NCBI GenBank assembly: GCA_000165345.1
Contig: CM000436.1
Span: 992,001-1,056,000 of the forward strand
Reading direction: 5' to 3'
DNA length: 64,000 nucleotides
The notes under the pieces are model-generated. The model did not search any database and was not told the origin of the DNA. It was given only the letters and a program-made list of their open reading frames with translations. This document shows positions 1 to 15,900 of the stretch, in pieces. Each line of letters begins with the position of its first letter. The first letter of the stretch is position 1. Position numbers and translations under genes: made by a program.

Positions 1-39
1 AAAGCTGTTCCAGTTAATGGAGAAGATTTACCAGAAAAT

Positions 40-5499
<5,460 letters not shown>

Positions 5500-5799
5500 T
5501 TTTAATTATAAATAATTGCATGCACAAGAATAAATATAAAATAACTGTGTGTGCGAGAGAGAGCGCGCCAACATTGCATGTTTTTTTTTTTTTTTTTTGA
5601 ATGGAATTGAATTGAATTATAATATAAACTTGAACAAAAGTTATTATTTATTGAAATGAAAGAAACAATTGTAATGCAATTTTTTTCTTTCGTAATTACA
5701 GTAGGAAATATTTGATTTAATTATTATAATAGAAGAAGAAAAAAATTAGAATAGAAAATATATAGAATACCATAGTTAATAAATATATTTATTTAGTGA

Positions 5800-5833
5800 T
5801 TAATAAAGCCTATAAGATAAATTTAAATTAGTT
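5800..5833. repeat. Copy 1 of a dispersed AT-rich element, TTAATAAAGCCTATAAGATAAATTTAAATTAG. Copy 2 is at 33723-33756.
   Basis: The two copies share 22 of 23 positions across AAGCCTATAAGATA(T)AAATTTA. Both lie in 3'-flanking intergenic DNA. Confidence 0.6.
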
Positions 5834-5905
5834 ATTTAATATATTAGCGAGGTTTTGAGCAGTTTATCAATATTGGTATTAATTTTAAACAATTATGTAA
5901 TGGAG

Positions 5906-8839
5906 TTACATTTTGAATTCTGAAGAGAATTTAGAATAGGTTGATCCAAATTGTAAAATAACTGATTGAATATGAGGAACAAGATCATTAATATGAACTT
6001 CTTGGGAAGAAACAGAAGTAGTTTGTTCTGTTTCTGTTTCTGATTGGTTATTATGGATGAATTTGAATTGAACAGTCTCCTTTAAAGCTTCGCTTTCTCC
6101 GATAATAATACAATAAGGAATATTATTATTGGAAGCATAGTCGAGTTGTTTTCTAAGTTTTCCATTTCCTGTAAGGGAAATTTCGCAAGAAATGTGATTA
6201 TCCCATAATAATGACGCAATTTTGAATCTATATTCAAGGAAGGAGTCACCAACATTACAAATAAGTACATCCGTGAAAGATCCTTTTGAGGAGTGATTGT
6301 GAGTTTTACAAGCCTCAAATTTTTTTTCAATTATACTCATAATACGCTCAACTCCAACAGAAAAGCCGACTGCGGGGATATTTTTCTGGGAAAACATTCC
6401 AATAAGCTGATCATATCTTCCACCTGCTGCAATACTACCAACATTTAACTCATTTGAGATTAATACGGCTTCATATATAACTCCAGTATAATAGTCTAAT
6501 CCACGAGCAAGAGAAAGATCAAAAGAAAGATAGTTAATACAGTTGTTACAACTCTTTGTATACTTGAAAAGAGTTTCCAGTTCTTCTAATGCTTTCATAA
6601 TGTTCTTATTTTCCATCATTTCTTGATTAGATTTAATTTTTTCTAAAACATCAAATGGAGTTCCTTTTAATTGAATTATTGATCCAATCTTATCAACAGT
6701 GGATTCTGATAAGCCTTTAATATTAATCATTTCATTTCTCACGCTTTCCCATGGTTCCTTATCAAGTTTGTCAATAGATGAGCAGGTTGTTTTAAATTTC
6801 TCATTGGGTACTCCTGAAATTTCAAGTATACCATCCAAGAGTTGTCTATGATTTATCTTAATCATGAATTGGCCAATCCAATTAGAAAAGGAAGATAATA
6901 CTTGAGTTGCAATCTTAATGATCTCAGAGTCAGCAACCATTGAATCATAATGACCAACAATATCCAAATCACATTGATAAAATTCTCTAAATCTTCCTCT
7001 TGCCATTTGAGGCTCATCTCTTCTGTATACTTTTCCAATTTGATATCTTTTAAGGTGGTCAAGACCAGATGTTGCAATATATCTAGCTAAAGGTACTGTA
7101 AGATCATATCTAAGTGAAAGCTGTTCTCCACCTTGATCTTTTAAGTCGTAAATCAGCTTTGAATCTTCTCCATATTTACCTAAAAGCGTATCTTTGAGTT
7201 CAAATACTGGAGTATCAATTTCTACTGCTCCATGAGCTCTATATACTTCTCTAATCATTCCAAAAACTAGATTCTTAATTGCCATCTTCTGAGGAGTAAC
7301 ATCCTGAGTTCCTTTTGGAATTTTTGGACGTCTAAGAGATTGATTTTGAGGAGTTGTAATATATTTTAATGTTGAATCAAGTTTACAGATTTGTCCATCC
7401 CGGAAAATCTCTAGTATTTTGGAATAAATATTACTTTCAACACCGTTTTTACTTGATTCAAATATTGATGAATTTAATATCAAGTTAATCATAAATTGTC
7501 TAAATTCATGGATATTCTTTGATTCATGAGAAGCTATCGAAACTTCTTTTTTACCTTTCTTTTTAGCTTTCTCAATAGTAGATAAATATTGTTGGTAATT
7601 CTTGTCAGCAAGCTTTTGAAGTGATAAAATACAAATAATTGTAAAGATTTCAATATTCTCATTAGTCAAAACCTTTAATGCATCAATCAATTCCTTAGAC
7701 TCCTCCATTGTAGATATTCTTAATATTATAGATGAGTCAAATTGTCCATTAATCATTTCACTAATTCTAGAGTTAATATGAGACAAATCTTCTATAGTTA
7801 ATGGGGTTACAGACTTTGATATCTGCTCTATATTTAAACCTTGTACTGATATTTCTGAATCTAAAGCAAATTTAGAGAAGTCATTTTCAGAGACTATTTC
7901 TTCCTTAATTGTATCTCTTAAAAATAAATCCAAAAACTCGATACTTGATTTCTTCATATAATTAAGTGAAGATATAATATTCTTAAGTGGCTCCAAAATA
8001 GGCATAATCTCAATATAATCAATCGAATTTTCAATACCTTTTGTACTTGTAGTTACATTACCACTCTTAGCATAGAATCCCTTAATACATTTGCTTAAAT
8101 TTTCTATAGAATTCTGCAAAGTACCTAGTGAACATAAAATCTCAGATAACTTCACTCCAAGACTCTTGTTCTTCCATCTATTCTCCCTTTGAATTTTTGA
8201 ATCCTCTAGAAGCCATCTAACATTCCTTGTAGTTTCAGCTAAACCACCACTAGAAATGGATGATAAGTGAGCTAAAAAGCATAATGGAAAAGACATTGCC
8301 TCCACCAGTATTGCCAAAGTACATTCTCCAAAGCTTTTTAAAGAGGAAGAAATACCCAAATAAAGAGCAAGTTGAGAAACTGTCATACTGAAACCTTTTG
8401 TAAAGGCTCTTGCATCTCTCTTTGATACTTTATGCCCTGAAATTCTTAAATATTCTCCCAGCAAATTAGTTAAAGTCAATTCATCAGTACTCAAATATTT
8501 CACCTTTACTAATGTTGAACCCTTGTTTCTCAATTGCTCTAACAGCCACATCATTAACTTCTTAGATATTCCCTTTCCGTCGATTGCTATTCCCACTGCT
8601 TTAGTTAACATTAATGCTCTTACCTCACTTAAACTCAATTCCTTACCTTCTTGAACCATCCCCATTTCATTGTCACCTGTCCAAAAATCTCCATCTTTTA
8701 ACTGTTCTAACTCTTCACTTTCTCTCAACTTTGGCTCTAACACAAACTCAGATTTATCGCTTGTAGAAATCAATGCAACATCTTCCAAAGAAATCCCACC
8801 TGATCCAATAAAAAAGCTTTCTTTTCCATTTTGTACCAT
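5906..8839 (-). CDS. Histidyl-tRNA synthetase (class II aaRS) with a roughly 480-aa N-terminal extension of unknown function.
   Basis: HisRS motifs GTQDVTP, LRYDLTVPLARY, RRDEPQ...GRFREFYQCD and motif 3 GGRYDQL plus an anticodon-binding-like C-terminus lie in the C-terminal 500 aa. ATG at 8839. An E2F-like element lies about 120 bp upstream on the gene strand. Confidence 0.85.
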   Translation of the reverse strand: MVQNGKESFFIGSGGISLEDVALISTSDKSEFVLEPKLRESEELEQLKDGDFWTGDNEMGMVQEGKELSLSEVRALMLTKAVGIAIDGKGISKKLMMWLLEQLRNKGSTLVKVKYLSTDELTLTNLLGEYLRISGHKVSKRDARAFTKGFSMTVSQLALYLGISSSLKSFGECTLAILVEAMSFPLCFLAHLSSISSGGLAETTRNVRWLLEDSKIQRENRWKNKSLGVKLSEILCSLGTLQNSIENLSKCIKGFYAKSGNVTTSTKGIENSIDYIEIMPILEPLKNIISSLNYMKKSSIEFLDLFLRDTIKEEIVSENDFSKFALDSEISVQGLNIEQISKSVTPLTIEDLSHINSRISEMINGQFDSSIILRISTMEESKELIDALKVLTNENIEIFTIICILSLQKLADKNYQQYLSTIEKAKKKGKKEVSIASHESKNIHEFRQFMINLILNSSIFESSKNGVESNIYSKILEIFRDGQICKLDSTLKYITTPQNQSLRRPKIPKGTQDVTPQKMAIKNLVFGMIREVYRAHGAVEIDTPVFELKDTLLGKYGEDSKLIYDLKDQGGEQLSLRYDLTVPLARYIATSGLDHLKRYQIGKVYRRDEPQMARGRFREFYQCDLDIVGHYDSMVADSEIIKIATQVLSSFSNWIGQFMIKINHRQLLDGILEISGVPNEKFKTTCSSIDKLDKEPWESVRNEMINIKGLSESTVDKIGSIIQLKGTPFDVLEKIKSNQEMMENKNIMKALEELETLFKYTKSCNNCINYLSFDLSLARGLDYYTGVIYEAVLISNELNVGSIAAGGRYDQLIGMFSQKNIPAVGFSVGVERIMSIIEKKFEACKTHNHSSKGSFTDVLICNVGDSFLEYRFKIASLLWDNHISCEISLTGNGKLRKQLDYASNNNIPYCIIIGESEALKETVQFKFIHNNQSETETEQTTSVSSQEVHINDLVPHIQSVILQFGSTYSKFSSEFKM

Positions 8840-8950
8840 TGGGCTTATCTATTATCCAATATTCTCTAACTTTAACCTCTTTTTTCAGAAATCTTACTTT
8901 ATTTTCCTTTTTCACACTTTTTTTTCAAAAAACTTATATTTATTGCAATA

Positions 8951-8972
8951 TTTTTGGCAAGTTGGCGGGAAC
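8951..8972. promoter_or_regulatory. E2F-like promoter element TTTTTGGCAAGTTGGCGGGAAC upstream of the HisRS gene.
   Basis: GC-rich GGCGGGAA core in an AT-rich intergenic region. It shares the extended TTTTGGCAAGTT..GGCG form with the Rpn3 promoter at 21531. Confidence 0.6.
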
Positions 8973-9570
8973 TTTTTTTTTTTGTCTACAAGTTTTTCTT
9001 TACATAAACCGGCAATTAAATACAAAAGAAAGATAATATTATAAATACACATTTTTAATCTAGTACGAACTACAATTAAACAAGAAGGTAACGAGTTAGC
9101 CAATTAAAGTTTCTAATAAATTAATTACTGAATATTATTTTGAAAATGCTTGAATATTTCTGCACTCAGTTCTAAATATTCTTCTTAATTTATAATTGTT
9201 GTTATCCCTGATATTTTGCAGTCTGACAAGTTTACTGTAAATTTATCATTCTATTTATTTTTAAAATGGCGATGAATCTCTTTGGTATTTCTTTTTAAAT
9301 AGACTTATGATAATGTGTCTTCTGCATGTCATTTGTTTATGATTTCTTGAATGATATAAAATATGATATTCCCAAAAAAAAAACCCCTTATTGAACTTAT
9401 TGCTTAGATCTCAACTCCTTTTTAATATAACCTGTCTCTTAATATTGCATTATTGAACAAATTAAAATATAAAAAATGACATTTTATCCAGTAATTATTT
9501 AACTTTGCAAAAAATGACCCCTCACTAATTGCTGAATGATAAAGTAACTCTGTCAGTCATATTTAATAAA

Positions 9571-11922
9571 CTAATAAAATTCGGAACTTCGATTGACCAT
9601 TTCAACTGGGTTTAGTGCTCTAAATGTCTTGAGTTCATTTGATTCTACCTTACTACACGTTAATGTATTCATTATACAACCAGAGAAACCACTTCTTTTT
9701 TGAACTTTTTTTATAGGAAGAAATGGATTTGGATGGGCCTTCGTGACACCATTGTTTATAATACTATTACTTTCAATTGATTTGCTCATAGCAGTTTGCT
9801 GTTTATTTTGGAAAACTTCACAATTACTAGAGTCCTTTTCCAATAATCTAGGCGCATTATGCAACGATTCAGCATGTTGAAAATCTGTATTAGTTTCAAT
9901 ATTTGTGACACCTCCTTGGTCAAATTCCAAATATTCTGGTATATCTCTTGTTAGATCTACAACATCTCTTGCTTGATCTTGAATATCCCTTTCTATTTCT
10001 GAAAAGATTCTTCCTGCTTCATCAATTGTACTATTTATTATTTTGGAGTTATTTTTCGAAGAATTAGTCTCTCCTTTAACTTCATAATTATCTACATTAT
10101 GACTAGCATGTGATTTTGGATGCTGCAAATAGTTTTCATTATTGAATGTTCTTTTCCCGTCCATATTTGGGGTGAATTCATTGCTTTTAAAATGATTTTT
10201 CACCCCATTTTCTTCCAGAGAGGACCTCCTCCTACTCTGTGACCTTGAGCGGTCAATATAGCTGTGATTATGACCCTTTGGTGAATTAGAAGAATCGGCA
10301 GCATACCCATGGTTTAGTTCTTGAAATTCCCTAGGAGTCTGAATCTTTGGAATATCCCCAATGCTTATTGAAGAATCTGGATTTGTATTGGTTGTAAAGT
10401 TAATATGTGCTTTTGCATTTCTTCCCCCAGAAATTTCATACTCAATTGCAGGTCCTGTTGGAGTAGATATTACATTAATATCAACGCCAGGCTTGATATG
10501 CAACTCAGTTACAACATTTTGAGTATCTGGATCAGCAAAAATAGTTGCTTTAGAGTTATTACTTTCACAATCTGGAAGCATATGAAAAACTATGGTCTGT
10601 TTACCAGATGGGGTAACTACAGGAAATTTCTCTGGAGAATTCCCAGACCGGTCATTACCATGTTTATTTAATCCTAGCCTAGAGCTTGCTAAAGACCTGG
10701 ATGTCAAATTACCCATTCTTGGAGTATTCAATACTGAAGTTCTGTGTTGATTAACAGGAGAAACCAATCCTTCAGAAGTCTCAACAGGTTCCAATATTCC
10801 TATTTTTGGAGGAGGGCCTCTTCCTGTACTTTTTGTAGGAGAAAGGAGATCAGGAGAAGTAGCCCTTCTGGAACCACCTGCTGAGATTGGAAGATTATTT
10901 GTGTCATTACAATGTTCAAACTCTGATGGAACTCCTAATACAGTATTTCTATGACCTGATGAAACTGGGGTCATATTTAGTGAGGATTCCCTTAACGCTT
11001 CATTTGGATTTATTTCACCATTTCTAGCATTTCTATAGTTTGATTCGAATACTTCTCCAGGAATTTGATCAGCTTGATTTGCAGATCTTCTATCTTTAAA
11101 ATTATTAATATGTTGCATTTCTAGATTTCTATCATAATATTCAAATTGATTTCTATTAAATTGATAGCCTTTGTCAAAATTGAAATCATCCCTCACTCCT
11201 TTTTCATATTGTTGTCGCGTTGGACCTCTAATTTGGCTTCTGGACCCACGCCTGGCTTTGTTAAATTTAGGACTAAGAGTTCCATTCACTCGAGCTCCAG
11301 CAGGAGAGAATGACCTACTTCTAAATTGTTCTGGATTTGAAGACTTAATAATAGTTGAAATAGTTGGTAATTCATAATGTCTTGAGTACCTAACCAAATT
11401 TGCACCATTTTTAACTAGATTATTCCTTCTTTTTTCAGCATCCAAGTCATCATATTCTTCCTCAAAAAGAAATTCTTCCTCAATTTCTCCATCGCTCGGC
11501 TCGTATTGAGCTCTAGTATCCTGCCAAATTTCACGTATAAATCGTGCCTCATCATAACTTAATGGCAGATCTTTTGATCTTCTAGGTTGTAATTCGCCAT
11601 AAACATCCCAAGGATTACGAAATTTTGGTATCCTACTTTTATCAGTCTTTCGCACCCCTTTCTTTATATCTGGCTTATAACTTAATGAATGACGTCTTCG
11701 GTGAATCATTTCCATTGGGCAACAGCTAACTTCTTCATTAACAAAATTCTGGTTTATTTCATGGTCTATCATTTCATCCTCCTCATAGTATTGATTGTTG
11801 CTATCATAATATTCTCCTTGCTCATATTCATAATAATTATCAAAATTGCCATCATCTCGTGGAAAACCGTCATTTTGATTTCGTACAAACTGATAATCCA
11901 TATATGGATTCATCTGTTGCAT
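9571..11922 (-). CDS. Hypothetical low-complexity or disordered protein (783 aa) with no recognisable domain.
   Basis: Long ATG-initiated ORF (MQQMNPYMDY...) with a Y/E/N/S/R-rich composition. Codon structure is maintained over 2.3 kb in an AT-rich genome. Confidence 0.55.
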   Translation of the reverse strand: MQQMNPYMDYQFVRNQNDGFPRDDGNFDNYYEYEQGEYYDSNNQYYEEDEMIDHEINQNFVNEEVSCCPMEMIHRRRHSLSYKPDIKKGVRKTDKSRIPKFRNPWDVYGELQPRRSKDLPLSYDEARFIREIWQDTRAQYEPSDGEIEEEFLFEEEYDDLDAEKRRNNLVKNGANLVRYSRHYELPTISTIIKSSNPEQFRSRSFSPAGARVNGTLSPKFNKARRGSRSQIRGPTRQQYEKGVRDDFNFDKGYQFNRNQFEYYDRNLEMQHINNFKDRRSANQADQIPGEVFESNYRNARNGEINPNEALRESSLNMTPVSSGHRNTVLGVPSEFEHCNDTNNLPISAGGSRRATSPDLLSPTKSTGRGPPPKIGILEPVETSEGLVSPVNQHRTSVLNTPRMGNLTSRSLASSRLGLNKHGNDRSGNSPEKFPVVTPSGKQTIVFHMLPDCESNNSKATIFADPDTQNVVTELHIKPGVDINVISTPTGPAIEYEISGGRNAKAHINFTTNTNPDSSISIGDIPKIQTPREFQELNHGYAADSSNSPKGHNHSYIDRSRSQSRRRSSLEENGVKNHFKSNEFTPNMDGKRTFNNENYLQHPKSHASHNVDNYEVKGETNSSKNNSKIINSTIDEAGRIFSEIERDIQDQARDVVDLTRDIPEYLEFDQGGVTNIETNTDFQHAESLHNAPRLLEKDSSNCEVFQNKQQTAMSKSIESNSIINNGVTKAHPNPFLPIKKVQKRSGFSGCIMNTLTCSKVESNELKTFRALNPVEMVNRSSEFY

Positions 11923-12754
11923 AGATTGTTTAAAAATGATTTAAGCCGCGATATTGTATTTTTAGGTCAGTGTAATAATTGACCTTAAATTTCAATCTCT
12001 CGCCTAATTACTTATTGATTTTAATCCCACTTTAAGTAGTAGTCTAATACTTCTTATTTTCTTAATATAATACTTTCCCTATTTTTACTCAAAACCCTAA
12101 TTATGTGTTATTTCACCACATATTAAATCTATCTTATTTAAATCGTTTTTTTTTTTCATTGCTAATCACACAATTTCCGGAGTGAACGGAGACATAGACG
12201 TATCACATTCGTCACATTGACTTTTGGTTATAAAAAAAGTAGTAATTGTGGAAAAAAAGAGAAAGTAGAGGTAAGCAGAGGTTATCTTTGCAAAACATAT
12301 AGGATATATTTAAACATATAAATTAGTAAAATCTCATTTTTCTTTGTATCTTTAGAGCACATCTTTTTAATTTTTTACTTTAAAGTTTTTTACATGTTAT
12401 ATGCACACGTCTATGATTAGATTTTTGTAATAGAGTATTTTATTACAAAAAATAATACATGCATAACTTTGCTTTAAATTCTCAGGCTTTAGTTTTAATA
12501 GAAAATATATTAAGAATTTTCAAATTCTTTTTTTTTTTTTTACATATTTTTTGCAAACTAACAAACTTTAGAGGTTAATTTGGTAGTTAAATTGTGCAGG
12601 CAGAATTGTTTAGCTGCAAATTAGAAAAAATATTTTATTTTGCTGTGTTAATTTTTTTAGTTTAATATTCTAGATTTTTTTCCTCGTCATACATAATCCT
12701 TATATTATCAAAAGCTGTTAGCATACATTTGTTTTTCTAATATCGGTAATCAAC

Positions 12755-12776
12755 CCGCCATGAGTTTTTGGCGGGA
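12755..12776. promoter_or_regulatory. Inverted E2F-like pair CCCGCCATGAGTTTTTGGCGGG about 135 bp upstream of the filamin-like gene's exon 1.
   Basis: Seen in sequence. The same CCCGCCAT.AG.TTTGGCGG architecture recurs at 63377. Confidence 0.55.
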
Positions 12777-12910
12777 ATCGTTTGTGGATGGTCTAATATT
12801 GTGCATGTAATGCAATTTAATGGCTAGTTAATTATATAGAAAAACTAATTAGGAGTATAAGAGCAGTCAAAATACTGGCTAGACAGTAATAGCTTTCTGA
12901 ATGGGAGACT

Positions 12911-15900
12911 ATGAATCTGAATCTTGCAATTGCTAATTTGGGAGTTGAGGTAAGTTTATTTATAAGTAAAATATTCCAAGGAAAGTAATCTTGCAATTGT
13001 TTAACAAAAAAGAAAATTGTTGACATATTGCTTAAATACAAGCTTTCTTATAATATAAAGATATTTATTTATTTACTTTTTTTTTTATTAGGTTTATATT
13101 TCAAGCGTTCGAGAATTTGAGCTTCCAAACAATGATGATTATACAAATAATTCAGTAAATTGTATATGTGTATTGTGGTTGCCATATGAAGATCCATTGG
13201 AAATATTTGGGCTTCAACAAGGTATTAGGTGGGATCCAATTTTAGGAAGAAGATGTACTGGAGTAGCAGTTGCAAGGCCTTGTACAAAACCTGGAAAGTT
13301 GAAATCTCTAGAATGCGATTTTACTACATATATTCATGCACTGAATATTGCAAAAGTAAAATATGTTCATAATAAAGAAATTAATACAGTTTCAAATGAA
13401 TCAGATAGTGAAGAAATCTCTTGCTCTGAAAAATCAATTGGAAAGTGTATTGGAAATGCTAAATTTGAAAATGCCTTAAAATTTTGTGTTGAATTTCCGC
13501 ACAAGCATTACAACAATGCCCAAATTTATGATGGAAAGTATTGCATTTACAACCCTAACTTGGATGAAGTTCATCGCCTCTTATCTCCCGATGAAGATTC
13601 TAAAGAACCTATGCCAATTTTTGTTTCACTGGGGTATATCTCTGAAACTTCACAGAATTCTAGGGTATTTAGGCCAGCTTCAAAGTGGAGGAGGCCGATG
13701 AATGCAATTGGAGATGGAATATATAATTTAGAGAATTCAGATCCAATTAATTGGATTGGAACAGCAGTTATAACAAAGGAAGATTGGATTAGAAGCTATA
13801 CATCTGGGAGAGTATTTCCACTAAAGCTTCTCCCTCATTATCAATTAATGTCTTTGGTTGCAGATTATCGCAAACAAATATTGGATGAAAATAACATAAA
13901 AGAAAAGGAGACAAAGTTGTCCTTCATTAATTCATTAATGAGTGAAATTGAAAAGTTTAAAGTTGACATCTCAAATTCAAGACTAAATGGTGGTGATGCC
14001 AATGCCTCAAATGAAAAATGTGATAATAATTTTGGTACTATTCAAATACAGATTAAAACATTTGTATCATATCCAATAAGAACTGAAGGAGCATTAAAAC
14101 CTCTTGTCACTGTTTATAATCGCCAAGACCTGAAGAATCAATTTTTTTTAGCAAGTCTTTGTTGTGTAGATGTTATTCTTTTAGACGATGTTCCTGCTTG
14201 GAGCGACATTGATATATGGGATATTGCTCATTCTAAAATTCACATTTGTGTAGTATGGAAGCATGAAAGAAGGATTTTGCATCAAGGAGGAAATGCCCTT
14301 GAGTTATTTCCATATAGGTGTGTAAAAATTAATGGTCTTCCAGAAAATATTGAATTTAAAGATATGAAAACAATAAAAGAAAAAAATATAAAAATGAGAT
14401 GTTTATTCTCTGGAAGGGTATTATTAACTCCAGTTCCTGGGAGTGAGCCTGATATATATATATATATGTTATTAAATGGAAAACCATTTTCCTGTATTCG
14501 TGATCCTATTTCTATGAGAAATTTTGACCCAAGTACTTCCAATTATGATAAATATTATGATTTGGATAGGGTTGATTCAAGTGTCGAAAGTGTTATTAAG
14601 GAATTTGAGACAAGAGGAAGATTTTCTGGAACTTTAAAATGTAAAGTAAGTGTTTGGCCAGACAATTCGTGCTTTTTATCAAGAAAAGAATATTCTTACC
14701 TAAATCTTCGTCCTCAAAAAGGAATTGTATATAATATATTGCATGATTATCAAACTAAAATGCCTGATCACTATTCTGCTCCAACTTTAGGACCATATGG
14801 TGTATGGGTAGGATACTCTGTTAATGATAAAAGTGATGAGTTTATTGACTCTAAGAAATTCCAAAATCTATTTGATGAAGCAATTTATCAAATGAATTCT
14901 GCAACACATGAAGAAAAGCAAGTAATACCTATTGAAGATTATTCATATAAAAAAAATGATATTCAAAGTGATAGCGATGAAAACTTTAGTAATGATAAAT
15001 ATCTTATCGATACAAAAATCAATGCAATCGAACAATTGGATCCAGAATATATTGAAGGTGATTTGAAGAGATTTAATCAAGATATAAGATCTTTTAAGCC
15101 TTATGTACCTCACATGAGTACTTTGCTAGGATCTGGAATAAATCCAGGAGTTGCTGGAGAATGGATCACTTTTATAATTCAATCTAGAGATGAAGATGGA
15201 AATAAATCGTGTATTGGAAAGAGTAAAATTCATATTCGTTTAAGATCTGTTGGATACATCAAATATACATTTACGGCTGAACCTTATGGATTAGAATATA
15301 AAAATCCAAATAATGATGCATTAATTAATGTTGATGAAAGTGAAGTATGTAAGGTTGGTGTTGATCAAATTGATGTGCCAATAGAATGGTGTTCTGTTGA
15401 ATCTTATCATGGTGTATATAATTGTAGGATGAGATGTGAGAGATCTGGCCAATATTTATTGAGAGTTACAATGGATGGACTTCCTATTGGAGGATCTCCA
15501 TATGATGTTACTATCACTCCATCAATTCCAGAAGCAAAAGCATCTTCAACCATTGGTGAAGGAACTATTAAATGCAAGGCATGCCCAACAGTTAATTATA
15601 TGATAGATATTGAAGCTATTAAAGCATGTAAAGGTAAAGTTCCTAAGTATATTAATTCTTTTATTGTAATATTATGTGATGAGTTTGGAAATCGTATTTC
15701 TACTGGAGGACACCAATTAAAGGTTAAATGTAATTCAAAAATTGGCAAAATACATGCAATATATGATAATTGGGATGGTTCTTATGTAGTTTATTATACC
15801 ATTCATTTGGAAAAAACAATACAAAATTTTGATCAAAAAATTATAGATAAGATTAATGCAATATGTTATAAGAAAAATAATTCAAATCAGTTAAAAAGTT

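Noticed and set aside
5500-5905. tRNA, snRNA, 5S or other structured RNA genes in the GC-containing intergenic patches (5540-5580, 12170-12230, 20222-20280, 36990-37030, 39421-39480).
   Set aside because: No tRNA cloverleaf landmarks (GTTCGAATC or TΨC-type boxes, or an acceptor/D-arm pattern) and no U1, U2 or U6 conserved blocks were found. The GC patches are better explained as E2F-like promoter boxes.
13173-13175. ORF-track start codons at 13173, 21786, 24067, 31395, 43775, 46652, 56982, 59212 and 51968.
   Set aside because: These positions are TTG or GTG, apparently because the track uses a permissive start set. For a eukaryotic nuclear gene I re-anchored the start to the first in-frame ATG, or looked for an upstream exon.
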